Below are positions 1 through 9,659 of a stretch of 64,000 nucleotides of DNA, in pieces. Within the stretch, counting starts at the first letter, position 1. The number at the start of each line of letters is the position of its first letter. The position numbers and the translations under genes are program-made. The notes under the pieces are model-generated. The model ran no database searches and had not been told where the DNA came from. It saw only the letters and a list, made by a program, of their open reading frames with translations. The stretch covers positions 1 through 64,000 of the IMG/VR virus record IMGVR_UViG_3300033153_013547. One strand, written 5' to 3'.

Positions 1-579
1 TTTCATTTCGCTGTAGTTATACGTATGACGGCTTTTTTCGGATTTCGCCGCCCAGATTATCTCCTCGCTCGCGTGTGTGAAATAACGGCACGACAGATTC
101 GGTGGCGGATTGGGTTTTACCCAAGTGATGTGATTCAGTATCTTAAAACCGAGCTGTTGCATGGCAAAACCTACCGAGTAGATGACATGATTCGTTCCCG
201 ACACCCAAATCGTGCCGTTTTTCGTAAGGCAGCGCTGACATGCGGCAAGCCATTCCTTATTCCACTCATGCATTTGCTCCACGCCCGCCTTGCATGTGAT
301 GCCGCCGTTCGAGAGGAAGTAGGGCGGGTCGGCGAAGATAAGGTCGATGCTGTTTTCGGGTAGCAACACCATCCCGGCTACGCACTCGGTTTGGTAAATG
401 GCGACGCTCGTTTCACCCGACGAATCCGCAATCGAAATCATGGGCACAGCATCTATCAACTCAGGAAGATTCTTGCCTTTAACCTCGTTGCCCTCCATAT
501 CCTCTAGGAATTGTTTCTGCATTTTACTGTCCTTTTGGTCTAGCCTCAGCTCCGGTGACAATCCAGTTGGGATAGCCAT
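1..579 (-). CDS. DNA amino-methyltransferase, beta class, DpnA (M.DpnII A)-like; 3' end runs off the window
   Basis: Manual translation of the minus strand from ATG 579 is open to position 1: ...SIDLIFADPPYFLSNGGITCKAG...GTIWVSGTNHVIYSVGFAMQQLGFKILNHITWVKPNPPPNLSCRYFTHASEEIIWAAK. The DPPY motif and NLSCRYFTH segment are typical of DpnA. Not in the ORF track; 25..363(+) is its shadow. Confidence 0.92.
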   Translation of the reverse strand, partial: MAIPTGLSPELRLDQKDSKMQKQFLEDMEGNEVKGKNLPELIDAVPMISIADSSGETSVAIYQTECVAGMVLLPENSIDLIFADPPYFLSNGGITCKAGVEQMHEWNKEWLAACQRCLTKNGTIWVSGTNHVIYSVGFAMQQLGFKILNHITWVKPNPPPNLSCRYFTHASEEIIWAAKSEKSRHTYNYSEMK

Positions 580-612
580 CTGCTATTTACAACACATTTG
601 TCAACAATATTG

Positions 613-1011
613 TCACATTTCCTTACCAAATATTGTGATAAACAACTTAGCAAATGCTTCAGACAAACTATCAGCCACTGTCCATGCTATAAACTTGCCA
701 CTATTTTTAGAAGTAGCATTTACCACAATATGTGGCTTCGAACGACTGTTCCGTGGTGATTCATAAACATAATACAAACGGATTCCTCGTTGCTCAAGTG
801 CATCTTTGAGTTCATCAGAACTAGGACAAGGATACCACTCTATCTCGCCCTGACAATAATCAACATCTCCTTCAACGATCTTCTTATACTCTTGTTGATC
901 AAACAGTTCTATAAAGGGACCACTACCTTGAAAAAGATAATAACCTAACTTAGCATCACAAAATCCTGTCTTAGCCAACTGCTTACAAACATCAATTGGT
1001 AAATAACTCAT
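613..1011 (-). CDS. hypothetical phage protein
   Basis: 132-aa ORF on the coding strand, abutting its neighbours. Confidence 0.65.
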   Translation of the reverse strand: MSYLPIDVCKQLAKTGFCDAKLGYYLFQGSGPFIELFDQQEYKKIVEGDVDYCQGEIEWYPCPSSDELKDALEQRGIRLYYVYESPRNSRSKPHIVVNATSKNSGKFIAWTVADSLSEAFAKLFITIFGKEM

Positions 1012-1296
1012 TTATATCACCATTATATCACAAAAAGGGTCATTGACTTTAAAATCAATGACCATTGATAATATTATCTCTCTGACTACATTGTAATCAC
1101 ATGTTTCTAACATCAATTTGGTTACACAATGAGTTGTTTTTTTCTTAGGATCACTTCCCCAAATAGACAACATTATCATATTATCATATATTTGCCAATC
1201 AAAATGATATTGTCCCCAAGATACAAAAACAGTGTGCCCCAAGATGTCTATACCTTCCAAAAGATTACTGTCTTGCATCCAGGAAATGTTGAGCAT
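1012..1296 (-). CDS. hypothetical protein
   Basis: 94-aa ORF abutting the next gene. Confidence 0.6.
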   Translation of the reverse strand: MLNISWMQDSNLLEGIDILGHTVFVSWGQYHFDWQIYDNMIMLSIWGSDPKKKTTHCVTKLMLETCDYNVVREIILSMVIDFKVNDPFCDIMVI

Positions 1297-1421
1297 ATTG
1301 TTTGCCTTGCCACAGCTTTAGGCTACTTACTTCTTTTTAGTTGCTCCAGGACAGCCTAGGATCCTACCTCTTCTTCTAATACAGGCAAAGATCTTTGCCT
1401 TTGATACAGGACTACCCCTAC

Positions 1422-1742
1422 TTAATCTCTTTCATTTTTGACTTTCGCCTTCATCCAATCCGCACCAGCGAGAACACGCTTCGCGGCCTCAACCATTTCA
1501 ACACGAATAGGTTTATCAGCCGGTATTGCATCATCGCGCTCGAAATCTGATGAGTTCATCCAGTCCACACCGTATAACTCAGCGCAAACAGCCTGCCCAA
1601 CATCCCATGTTTTGCCGCAACGGTGATCAAAAATACTACCGCCGTGTTTATAGACTATCTGATGAATTATCTCAATCAAATCATCCAGGCTTTTATGCCT
1701 AGTCGGAAAGCTTGTAATTGCTTTATCACATATTTCGTTCAT
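1422..1742 (-). CDS. hypothetical protein (CpG-rich island)
   Basis: 106-aa ORF with AAGG upstream; higher GC and CpG than its flanks. Confidence 0.65.
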   Translation of the reverse strand: MNEICDKAITSFPTRHKSLDDLIEIIHQIVYKHGGSIFDHRCGKTWDVGQAVCAELYGVDWMNSSDFERDDAIPADKPIRVEMVEAAKRVLAGADWMKAKVKNERD

Positions 1743-1784
1743 CCTTGCATCTCCGCTAATCTAAAACACAACCAGATGAGAAAA

Positions 1785-2183
1785 CTATTTCCCTTTCTTG
1801 CCACCTATTGGACACCCAAGAGCCTTGGCTTTCCTACGTATACAGGCAGCTATTTTGGCTTTTGTCGACGGCGATCCTTTGTATCTCCCAAGTAGCCTCA
1901 TCCCTGCGACTGCGTGGGAACAGTCATTTATAGGAAAAGACCGCCCAGGCCCACAGAACACGCTGTCTGGCAAACTCTTTCTCTTCTTGGTTGTTAGCTT
2001 AGCCTCTCCTAACTCCTTAAAAGTTAGTAATCCTTCTTTATACATCCTCTCAAACTCATTATCATAGAAACCATCAAGCATAGCAATTTCTTCATCTGGC
2101 TTCACTGGATCACCATTAGTAAATCCATCAATGATCTTCTGAACTTTCTCATACAATTCAGTAATCTTTTCTAATATAGTCAT
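1785..2183 (-). CDS. small basic protein with a DUF6582-like C-terminal domain
   Basis: LTTKKRKSLPDSVFCGPGRSFPINDCSHAVAG...IRRKAKALG fits the R..LPDS.F..P.R..P..D..H pattern as I recall it. Confidence 0.6.
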   Translation of the reverse strand: MTILEKITELYEKVQKIIDGFTNGDPVKPDEEIAMLDGFYDNEFERMYKEGLLTFKELGEAKLTTKKRKSLPDSVFCGPGRSFPINDCSHAVAGMRLLGRYKGSPSTKAKIAACIRRKAKALGCPIGGKKGK

Positions 2184-2189
2184 ATTCTT

Positions 2190-2495
2190 TTAACCTCCAC
2201 AAGATATACCATGTTCTTCTAAATATCTTTCAGCATCAATCTTAGCCTTATACAAGCAAAACGCAACAACAGGTTGTTTGATCATTTGCCATTTATCATT
2301 CATGATCTCTTTATAAATCTCTTTATAAATTTTCCATCTACATTTTTTTTCACCAGCATAACTTTCTATCACTACCAATCCTCTACAATTGTCAGGCCAA
2401 ACAAAATAAAGATGACAAAATGCTTCGTCTGATTTTTCTATCCATTTACAGGATGTACGTGGCATACTAGAGGATTCCATACTTACGTGTTCCAT
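2190..2495 (-). CDS. member of the small 'C-x-Y/H-K-A-K-L' paralog family
   Basis: C-terminal CLYKAKIDAERY; see findings. Confidence 0.65.
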   Translation of the reverse strand: MEHVSMESSSMPRTSCKWIEKSDEAFCHLYFVWPDNCRGLVVIESYAGEKKCRWKIYKEIYKEIMNDKWQMIKQPVVAFCLYKAKIDAERYLEEHGISCGG

Positions 2496-2534
2496 CTTCT
2501 TCTACCTACTATTTTCCTTTGTCACAGCACACTA

Positions 2535-3326
2535 TCAATCATTACCTTCAAAAAATGGTATAGAACCAATTTCAGGAGAATACCTATCTCTAAAATATTT
2601 ATCAATAGGCATAGTCCAAGACAAATTACCATCAGAAAGATCTGTTATTTCATCAACATAGGGCAACAATCTATTTCTCAACTGATCCATTATAACAATA
2701 CCTATACCCATATATGGTCTCATTGGGAACCTGATCTTGCCATCATAGCAAGCCCTTTGAGTGGAAGACAAGTCCTTTCTTACCTGACCCAAGGTTCTAT
2801 TTACTTCTAACTTATCAGGCTTGTAAGAATAACATTTACCCTCTTTGATCCCAAAATCAGTGCCACAGGTGTATATGGTTTTATATCCCATTATGTATGC
2901 TGCATACAAAGCAAAGGTTGCCACAGAAGAACTGCCATAAAGATGACCATCATACTTTATAGGAATAGTGCTTGGTCCATCTGCCATTCTATGATTTTTG
3001 TATTTCCACGTATAATGATCAAGCCTATCATGTTTAGAAATCTTTTCTTCTACTAACCTCACAGAAGAGTTATCAACATAGAACCAGTCTCTTTTAGGAC
3101 ACTCAAAATCTAAAAACATTGAAAAAGTAGGTAAATTGATAAGATTTACAGCACCATTCAATACAATGATGTTATCAAATCTTTCTATGTAATCAATGAC
3201 ACCCAATGCACTTGGTCCACTACCTAAGATCAGGATATTTTCTTTTGGTTTGGCTGATCCTACAAGAGAATCAAATGTGTTGTTGGTTATCATAATTAAT
3301 CCATGCAAGTGATTGCTTCTGCCCAC
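2535..3326 (-). CDS. MptE/DUF115 (Maf)-like or sialyltransferase-fold nucleotide-sugar transferase
   Basis: ILILGSGPS, IIVLNG, SSSVATFALYAAYIMGYKTIYTCGTDF motifs; true start probably ATG ~3293. Confidence 0.65.
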   Translation of the reverse strand: MGRSNHLHGLIMITNNTFDSLVGSAKPKENILILGSGPSALGVIDYIERFDNIIVLNGAVNLINLPTFSMFLDFECPKRDWFYVDNSSVRLVEEKISKHDRLDHYTWKYKNHRMADGPSTIPIKYDGHLYGSSSVATFALYAAYIMGYKTIYTCGTDFGIKEGKCYSYKPDKLEVNRTLGQVRKDLSSTQRACYDGKIRFPMRPYMGIGIVIMDQLRNRLLPYVDEITDLSDGNLSWTMPIDKYFRDRYSPEIGSIPFFEGND

Positions 3327-3431
3327 ACTAATTTACAATTTGGTACGTAGAACAATTTGGAGAAAAAGAACAACATGCTCACCATCAATAAAATATTCTA
3401 CAGGCCAATATCTTTTGCCCTGTCTAATCAC
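3300..3431 (-). pseudogene. frameshifted remnant of a paralog of 3424..3810
   Basis: GTG 3431 gives MIRQGKRYWPVEYFIDGEHVVLF, then shifted frames give PNCSTYQI and WAEAIT; compare KRYWLVTYY...HIIFLTNCPTYQV...NAEAIS in the upstream gene. Confidence 0.5.
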
Positions 3432-3810
3432 CTGCTGGTTCCCACTGCCATATTATTGTTACCTTTTTCACCAAATACTCTGGTAAATCTCTTTCTATAA
3501 CACTGAGATCTACACCACTATCCATTTTAGCCTGTTGCCATGCTTCCAAAGCAATAATATCCTGACGTGTCATGTGCATAATATAATCCAGATCGGTAAA
3601 ATTCCGTGCTACCGCACAGAGACAATCTATGGTTTCCTGACTTACCCCGATCTGTAAAACAGATATAGCTTCTGCATTGTGTCCCAGAATGCCTTCCAAT
3701 TTTACTTGGTACGTGGGACAGTTTGTGAGAAAGATAATGTGCGTGTCACTGTAATCTCCAGGATAATACGTAACAAGCCAATATCTTTTACTCTTCTTGT
3801 TCCCAATCAA
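3424..3810 (-). CDS. hypothetical protein
   Basis: 128-aa ORF overlapping the upstream gene end. Confidence 0.6.
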   Translation of the reverse strand: MIGNKKSKRYWLVTYYPGDYSDTHIIFLTNCPTYQVKLEGILGHNAEAISVLQIGVSQETIDCLCAVARNFTDLDYIMHMTRQDIIALEAWQQAKMDSGVDLSVIERDLPEYLVKKVTIIWQWEPAGD

Positions 3811-4339
3811 TTATGCTACCAACCATAAAATCAGGTTTGCTAGGAAAAGCCTTACCATTGATGATCATTTTGAGCATACGTCTGTTTACATCTCTTTCAT
3901 GACCTGCAGACATTTTGTGAAATTCTGGTCTGACAAGCACTCTCATTCTACCAGAAGGATATGCCCAAACAAGACCTACACCACTTGGCAGATCCCCTAT
4001 TCTGACAACCCCTCTGGGACAAGCAAAAAAGAATAAATTGCAATAAGGCACATATTCTTGCCATTTCTTGTCAGAAAGGAAATCTTGCCTTGATACCTTG
4101 ATTTCTGCAGCAATTACTGGCCTTGAATCAGCCAACGGCAATGCCAAGAAATCCAACCTCCTACCAGAAGGTATAGTAAACTCATGTGCACATAAATAAC
4201 GATATTTTGCAATATCAGAAATATGTGCACACATCAGTGAAACATCAGCAACAGTCATCTTCTGAGCAGGTGCTATCAGTTTTACTTTCTTGATTCTCTT
4301 AGAGAATCCTGTCCTAAAGATCTTTGTTCTGTGTCCCAA
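3788..4339 (-). CDS. mmcB: MmcB-family (PD-(D/E)XK) DNA repair nuclease
   Basis: EFTIPSGRRLDFLAL...EIKVSRQDFLSDKKWQEYVPYCNLFFFACP. Confidence 0.85.
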   Translation of the reverse strand: MGHRTKIFRTGFSKRIKKVKLIAPAQKMTVADVSLMCAHISDIAKYRYLCAHEFTIPSGRRLDFLALPLADSRPVIAAEIKVSRQDFLSDKKWQEYVPYCNLFFFACPRGVVRIGDLPSGVGLVWAYPSGRMRVLVRPEFHKMSAGHERDVNRRMLKMIINGKAFPSKPDFMVGSIIDWEQEE

Positions 4340-4341
4340 CT

Positions 4342-4542
4342 CTATTCATCATCACAACTGTATAAGATCACAATACGTAGAACAGACACGGGTGATGAGC
4401 CTTCTGTTGATATATCTATGTGAGAACAAATAATATTCATAGGATCACCAATAACTTCTGACATTTCTTTCTCTACTGCCTCTATTTCGTCAGAAGTATT
4501 GGATGCTCCTAACACTACCGTGTTTGCAAATATCTTTATCAA
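4342..4542 (-). CDS. hypothetical protein
   Basis: 66-aa ORF overlapping the upstream stop codon. Confidence 0.5.
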   Translation of the reverse strand: MIKIFANTVVLGASNTSDEIEAVEKEMSEVIGDPMNIICSHIDISTEGSSPVSVLRIVILYSCDDE

Positions 4543-5306
4543 TTTTCTGCCTCCAAAAGATCAAACTTTATACCAGCCTGATCAAATAACATTCTACTCA
4601 TAGCAAAGTTGTAATCATTACGTATGTAATCCCCATCTACCTTTTGTGCCACAACTCTACATACTCCTGCTTGCACTATTGCAGTAGCACACTCTTTGCA
4701 GGGAGTGCCACAGCTTATGTACATAGTAGTACCAACAGTAGATACCCCAGTTCTTGCAGCATTATAGATAGCATTTCTTTCAGCATGAGCATCTACTATG
4801 TATTTGACACATTCACCACTTGCACAACCAAGCAAACGTCTAGGTTCTTCTGGTCTTTCTGCTAAGGACAAAGTTGCCACAGACTTCATGATTGCATCTT
4901 TTGTTGTTTCTGATATATCCAAATCACGTAGTAAGGAACTGGTATAGTTGGCAAATATGCTTGCTGGATGTAATCCTTTATCTCTAAAACTTTTAAGTAT
5001 TCCCAAAAGCTCTGCATTGTCCAAATGAAGATAGGGCAATAGCCTATCTATATTATGCTGTATACAAAACTGTTTGAGAATTTTCCAATATGTTTCTATA
5101 TCATAGTGACATAGATTATCAACCTCATTGACACCCCTTGGAATACCATTCCATCCTATACTCACAATGGTATCTGATAACTTGTTATCTTGTGTCTGAT
5201 ATCTTACCAACACAGCCCCAATGTGTCTGTTGCTAACTTTTGAATTTGCTGCTACATTAACAGCAAGCTTCATATACATCTTGTCTTTTTTTGTTGGCAC
5301 ATACAT
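4539..5306 (-). CDS. dCMP deaminase with a large helical insertion
   Basis: IGAVLV, SIGWNG.PRG, HAERNAI and PCKECA zinc motifs. Confidence 0.9.
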   Translation of the reverse strand: MYVPTKKDKMYMKLAVNVAANSKVSNRHIGAVLVRYQTQDNKLSDTIVSIGWNGIPRGVNEVDNLCHYDIETYWKILKQFCIQHNIDRLLPYLHLDNAELLGILKSFRDKGLHPASIFANYTSSLLRDLDISETTKDAIMKSVATLSLAERPEEPRRLLGCASGECVKYIVDAHAERNAIYNAARTGVSTVGTTMYISCGTPCKECATAIVQAGVCRVVAQKVDGDYIRNDYNFAMSRMLFDQAGIKFDLLEAEN

Positions 5307-5309
5307 TGA

Positions 5310-5648
5310 CTACTTACCACCAAGATTCTTCTTGATTTTATCTATATCTAGATTGACGTTTTTCCTAACGTTATCTGGATTTTTATAAGCATTAGTTGCT
5401 GAAGTACCACCATAAAAACGGAGACTACATTCTTTGATTACCGATCCATCATCTGTCAACACAACCCTTACAAGATTACCACTCTTGAGTCGTTGCAAAC
5501 GTCCAGCCACAATATTGTTAACTGTTACTCTATTATTTTCAATTAACATAGCAGCTTCTTTCTCTTCCAACCCCATTTGGATCAGAATATCAACCATTTT
5601 GTACTGCTTGTTAGGATCACCCTTAATCTGCAATATATCTGTTGCCAT
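5310..5648 (-). CDS. S4-like RNA-binding domain protein
   Basis: MVDILIQMGLEEKEAAMLIENNRVTVNN...LKSGNLVRV fits the S4 consensus. Confidence 0.6.
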   Translation of the reverse strand: MATDILQIKGDPNKQYKMVDILIQMGLEEKEAAMLIENNRVTVNNIVAGRLQRLKSGNLVRVVLTDDGSVIKECSLRFYGGTSATNAYKNPDNVRKNVNLDIDKIKKNLGGK

Positions 5649-5657
5649 AATACTCTC

Positions 5658-6725
5658 CTATAATTTATTTGAAACATAAAATAAAAAGTCTTCTGACTCT
5701 GAACAATCATCACATGGAGTAGGTAAAGAAAATGCTGGGAGAAATCTACAGACAACCATCAATACTGTTTTCATGCATGCAGGAATAGACAAACCAAGAA
5801 GTCCCCTCTCTAACATATATGAATATACAAGATGATTCTGAAATATCCTGTCTTTCATCTCAAAATGACTATCAAGTAAGGCTAATAATTGCCCTATTGT
5901 TGCAATTATCTTTTGATCAGTAATCCCAAACATATTTAGATATTTACCTAGATCAAGACTATGCAACACATAAGGACATCTATAGACAGGGGAAATCTGG
6001 ATACTGTTTGGCATGGCTGCAGCTATATGCAATAACAGATTAGACATATCAGTAGGAGCATCTGAAACAATTACAGACATATGTTGTAATATTTGATCAG
6101 CAACTCCTGTAATTTCACTCATAGGGAGCATGCATGACATAAATGCATGATCCGTATATGGTGCAACAGTAGCAGTAAACATAAAACGAGAACGTAATGG
6201 TGGCTCTATCATCAGATCTAAGGAACCATCTGCTCTTTCTCTCAACAACAAGTTATAGCAAGCATGCAATAAATGTGTATCACAATCTGATGATGAACAA
6301 GAATACACATTTCTTCCTTCTTTGTCTAATGATGTGGCAACCAATCTTGCACCACAAACACAATGATCAAGATCTAGAGGGGCTGATTTCTTAGTTTTCT
6401 TGAAGTCATACCTAACAGTATGCATTCTTGATCCAATCAAGTCTGGGAAAATATCTACACTTTTCAGTGCATCTATAGAAAAACCTATTTCGTTAGTCTT
6501 ACGACCGAATACTATTGTCTTACTTTTCAAAAAACACCTAACAGCAATAGAACCTATACTATAATAATAAACAAGTTCCCACGTGGTTCCAGTAAAACAG
6601 CCCCTTTTTTTATCTATCTCTTCAAGACTATCAATGATATCTGAGCTCATAATCCATGACACTTTTTCACCAAATATGTCAGTAAGATTAGGAGTTGTTG
6701 TGGTAGCAGGTAGTTCTTGTGTCAT
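5658..6725 (-). CDS. hypothetical Cys-rich (putative zinc-binding) protein at the end of the ubiquitin-like operon
   Basis: HCVCG...YSCSSSDC...HAC and C-terminal CM..C..PCDDC. Confidence 0.65.
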   Translation of the reverse strand: MTQELPATTTTPNLTDIFGEKVSWIMSSDIIDSLEEIDKKRGCFTGTTWELVYYYSIGSIAVRCFLKSKTIVFGRKTNEIGFSIDALKSVDIFPDLIGSRMHTVRYDFKKTKKSAPLDLDHCVCGARLVATSLDKEGRNVYSCSSSDCDTHLLHACYNLLLRERADGSLDLMIEPPLRSRFMFTATVAPYTDHAFMSCMLPMSEITGVADQILQHMSVIVSDAPTDMSNLLLHIAAAMPNSIQISPVYRCPYVLHSLDLGKYLNMFGITDQKIIATIGQLLALLDSHFEMKDRIFQNHLVYSYMLERGLLGLSIPACMKTVLMVVCRFLPAFSLPTPCDDCSESEDFLFYVSNKL

Positions 6726-6730
6726 TACTT

Positions 6731-7783
6731 CTATTTCTCAACCCCATTTTTACTGAATTTGCTAAAATTACCACGTTTCTTCAGATAATCAATACTTGCA
6801 ACTTCCTTAGAATAATTGTTTGCTACATCAAACCTCACCATCATAGTACTAAGTCCTGATGCCTTAAGATCTGCTTTGATCACAGACATTAGAAAATTCA
6901 TAATAGGTGGCACAGCAGTACTATTTACAAACAAAGACTGAGCTTCCTGGGCAGCCATGTTAGCACATGTTAAATCCTCAGTATCCTCATCTGTCATATC
7001 ACCAAATAAATCAAAAAATGTTGGTGTTCCTATGGAACAGGGAATAATAGTACCCTTTACATCAGTTAGATCAACTTCAGCTATAGGTTTATTTGGTGCA
7101 GTACATTTACCTATTACTTTCTTCAATTCACCATTCTTGGACAAAATAGTCTTGACTTCATCAAGACCATATCCTCCACCACCAACTGTTAGTATAACCT
7201 GTCCGTCAAACCTATTATTGCCAGAATCAATCCATACAGCAAATGGATTGACTTCATCAAGGTAGGATTGAATGATCTTCCTTGCACTGATCTTATCAAC
7301 ACAGCCTATTATAATAGTAGCATACTTGGGAGAGTTATTACACAATGCTTTTATATCATTAGCACTTTCTATGTATCTATCATAACTAGAAATAGAAATC
7401 CCAAGTGCTCTAGAGTATCTTGCAGCCAAAACTTGAGCCTTGTTTTTATCAACATCTGGCATGATGAAATTTTGCCGTCCAACATTCTTGGGTTCTACCA
7501 CATCTCCATCAACTAAAACCAAGTTGATTGATGCTTGATGAACACTGGAAAGAAACCCCCCTCCCTGTATCATAGAAATTAGCCTTGCAATTTCAGGTAC
7601 AAGTTTGCTACCAGTACCACCACAACCAACCACAATGATATTGGCAAAATAAAGATCATTTGTCCTGCATGAAACAGGAACAAATGGCTTTATTTTCATA
7701 GCCAACATTCCGTTATTAATATTGGTGCATAATGCATCTATAACATCATGGTTATTTTTTGGTGCTTCTTTCTTAGCAGACAA
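6731..7783 (-). CDS. PRTRC-type ThiF/E1 ubiquitin-activating-like enzyme
   Basis: VVGCGGTGS, VDGDVVEPKNVGRQNF, NKAQVLA.RY, IIGCVD..SAR, WIDSGN..FDGQV, LTCA...QSLFVN (catalytic Cys region). Confidence 0.92.
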   Translation of the reverse strand: MSAKKEAPKNNHDVIDALCTNINNGMLAMKIKPFVPVSCRTNDLYFANIIVVGCGGTGSKLVPEIARLISMIQGGGFLSSVHQASINLVLVDGDVVEPKNVGRQNFIMPDVDKNKAQVLAARYSRALGISISSYDRYIESANDIKALCNNSPKYATIIIGCVDKISARKIIQSYLDEVNPFAVWIDSGNNRFDGQVILTVGGGGYGLDEVKTILSKNGELKKVIGKCTAPNKPIAEVDLTDVKGTIIPCSIGTPTFFDLFGDMTDEDTEDLTCANMAAQEAQSLFVNSTAVPPIMNFLMSVIKADLKASGLSTMMVRFDVANNYSKEVASIDYLKKRGNFSKFSKNGVEK

Positions 7784-7801
7784 TTATGGCCTCCTTAGAC
7801 A

Positions 7802-8941
7802 CTATACCCCAGTATCTGTTACATGTAATATTTTAGACAATGCTTCTCTATCCTTTGGACTCATTTTATGCTCTAAAAGGGCAAAAGCCAATTCCATTGC
7901 TTCAGACCTTTCCATAAATTCATTAAGACTATAAGCAAACACCTTGATCTTGTCTAGATCAAGAGAAGCAACATCATGAGCCAGCAAAACAGGAGTACCT
8001 CTATTCTTGTATTTCTCAAAACTATTTTGTTGCTTCCAATATCTATCTAACAAACCAATTGCTTTATTATCTTTTGATAAACTTGTTGCTTGATCATTTG
8101 CCTTACTGTCCATCTGACGATCAAAATATCCATGGTGACCACTGACTACTGTGGCTTCGCCCTTGGTAACCCAAGCCTGAGGATAAGTGTCATCCATAGG
8201 TGGTCTATCGTCAAATATGTCCAAAAGATCCACAGATATTGCCTTACCACCTACCATAACGCGCAATCTTAGTTCGGGTTCTGGCAACATCACTCGACCT
8301 ATGACTCCATAAATTATATCATTTTTCTCGTCACTATCATCTATTCCACTCCAAAAAGCTCCCATTGAAGCAGTATGGCTATGAATTTCCATAACCTTTG
8401 GATACTTTCTGTTTAGCTCAGCCAAAGGTGGATCATCATAAACAATTGATCCACCAGATGCACTATGCTCTGGAACATGCATCATATATGATTCATTATC
8501 CTTATCATAATACACAAAAACAATAGCTTCAATGTGAGGAACAGATCTGAAATATGCTAGAGTTTTAGCTAATATTGTCTGAGGCAACTTGGGTATACAG
8601 AGCTGGAAAAACTTATCTGGCATTTCCACATCAGCAATACGAAGTGACTCACTAGGGACACCAAATATACCAATCAAATTCTTCCTAATCGTGAATATAC
8701 CATTAGCAGCAACAATGTAGCTTATTTGTTTAGTAATTTGGTCCATAGTAGGAACACCAAATATGAGATCAGTCATACCAATCTTGAATTTGGTGTTTTT
8801 GCTAATCTTTCCAAATAAGATATTGGCAAACCCACTATTATTCTGTTTCATGGGCACCTGCTTCTTTACTTTATCAGACATTAAAAATTCCTCCAACAGT
8901 ATTTTTTGCAACATAGAGATCATTATAGGGAAATGGCTCAT
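7802..8941 (-). CDS. prokaryotic JAB/MPN metallopeptidase (PRTRC protein A-like); real start probably ATG 8881
   Basis: YIVAANGIF, upstream Glu (IEA), EIHSH...AFWSGIDDSDE...IYGVIGR. Confidence 0.88.
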   Translation of the reverse strand: MSHFPIMISMLQKILLEEFLMSDKVKKQVPMKQNNSGFANILFGKISKNTKFKIGMTDLIFGVPTMDQITKQISYIVAANGIFTIRKNLIGIFGVPSESLRIADVEMPDKFFQLCIPKLPQTILAKTLAYFRSVPHIEAIVFVYYDKDNESYMMHVPEHSASGGSIVYDDPPLAELNRKYPKVMEIHSHTASMGAFWSGIDDSDEKNDIIYGVIGRVMLPEPELRLRVMVGGKAISVDLLDIFDDRPPMDDTYPQAWVTKGEATVVSGHHGYFDRQMDSKANDQATSLSKDNKAIGLLDRYWKQQNSFEKYKNRGTPVLLAHDVASLDLDKIKVFAYSLNEFMERSEAMELAFALLEHKMSPKDREALSKILHVTDTGV

Positions 8942-9659
8942 CTGTCACTTTAGCCATATCTTTAAACACATGCTGAATATTAGATGGATCAGTATATGAA
9001 GTAGTGATATCTTTATAATGAAGCGTAAGCCTATTATAGACCAAGTCACAGTTAAAAGCACTTGTTATAAACGATATCAACCTATCACCCACTTCGTATA
9101 GTTCGTAAGTAGTTTTAGGTATCTTAACACTACCCCAACATATACCACCATGATTAAATACATTGCCAAAAGGAAACATATACATCTTAGATTCTGGAGT
9201 AATTGGTTGTTTAGTTACATAGATTGACTCTTTTATGATCGTCTTTGTAGCAATATTATACTCTACTATGTAAAGCAAACTTGGCCACCTAATAACATAA
9301 GATTGAATATTATTGTAGTTCTGAAAAGTAATAGGCATCACTGTCTCTGGTCGGACTATACCAATCTTAGTACTTGATGCCCCTACAGCCACAAACTTGC
9401 AACCAGAGGGCAACAAAGGAAGGCTATAAGTATGAAACTTACCAAAAAATTCTAACAGAGCAGAAGTATAAACTACCTTGGTTGTTGACTTACCTGCCCT
9501 ATCCTTGAGGAGCAAACTGGCAATCCCTGGGTTTTTAGAATTCATTCCAATAATTATATCATAATCAGGGCTAAGTGTTCCTAAATGATCATGGACAGTC
9601 AACTTTCCCATCAAGGACTCTATTTCTTTATCCATTGCTTCATTTGTTTTTCTTGTCAT
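8874..9659 (-). CDS. prokaryotic E2 family D (PRTRC protein B-like)
   Basis: LPLLP..C, WPSLLY, PFGNVFNHGGICWGS (catalytic Cys), S.FN.DL. Confidence 0.85.
   Translation of the reverse strand: MTRKTNEAMDKEIESLMGKLTVHDHLGTLSPDYDIIIGMNSKNPGIASLLLKDRAGKSTTKVVYTSALLEFFGKFHTYSLPLLPSGCKFVAVGASSTKIGIVRPETVMPITFQNYNNIQSYVIRWPSLLYIVEYNIATKTIIKESIYVTKQPITPESKMYMFPFGNVFNHGGICWGSVKIPKTTYELYEVGDRLISFITSAFNCDLVYNRLTLHYKDITTSYTDPSNIQHVFKDMAKVTDEPFPYNDLYVAKNTVGGIFNV

Noticed and set aside
25-363. Plus-strand 112-aa ORF
   Set aside because: Antisense shadow of the minus-strand methyltransferase.
3431-3444. 14-bp match to ~50779-50792 (both genes end WEPAG)
   Set aside because: Too short and isolated; the genes are otherwise unrelated, so it may be chance.
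5310-5648. Second ubiquitin-like protein (VN...L..G..V pattern, near-terminal GG)
   Set aside because: The helix pattern EAAMLIENNRVTVNN fits S4 better, and the protein ends in GGK after a long tail; not fully excluded.
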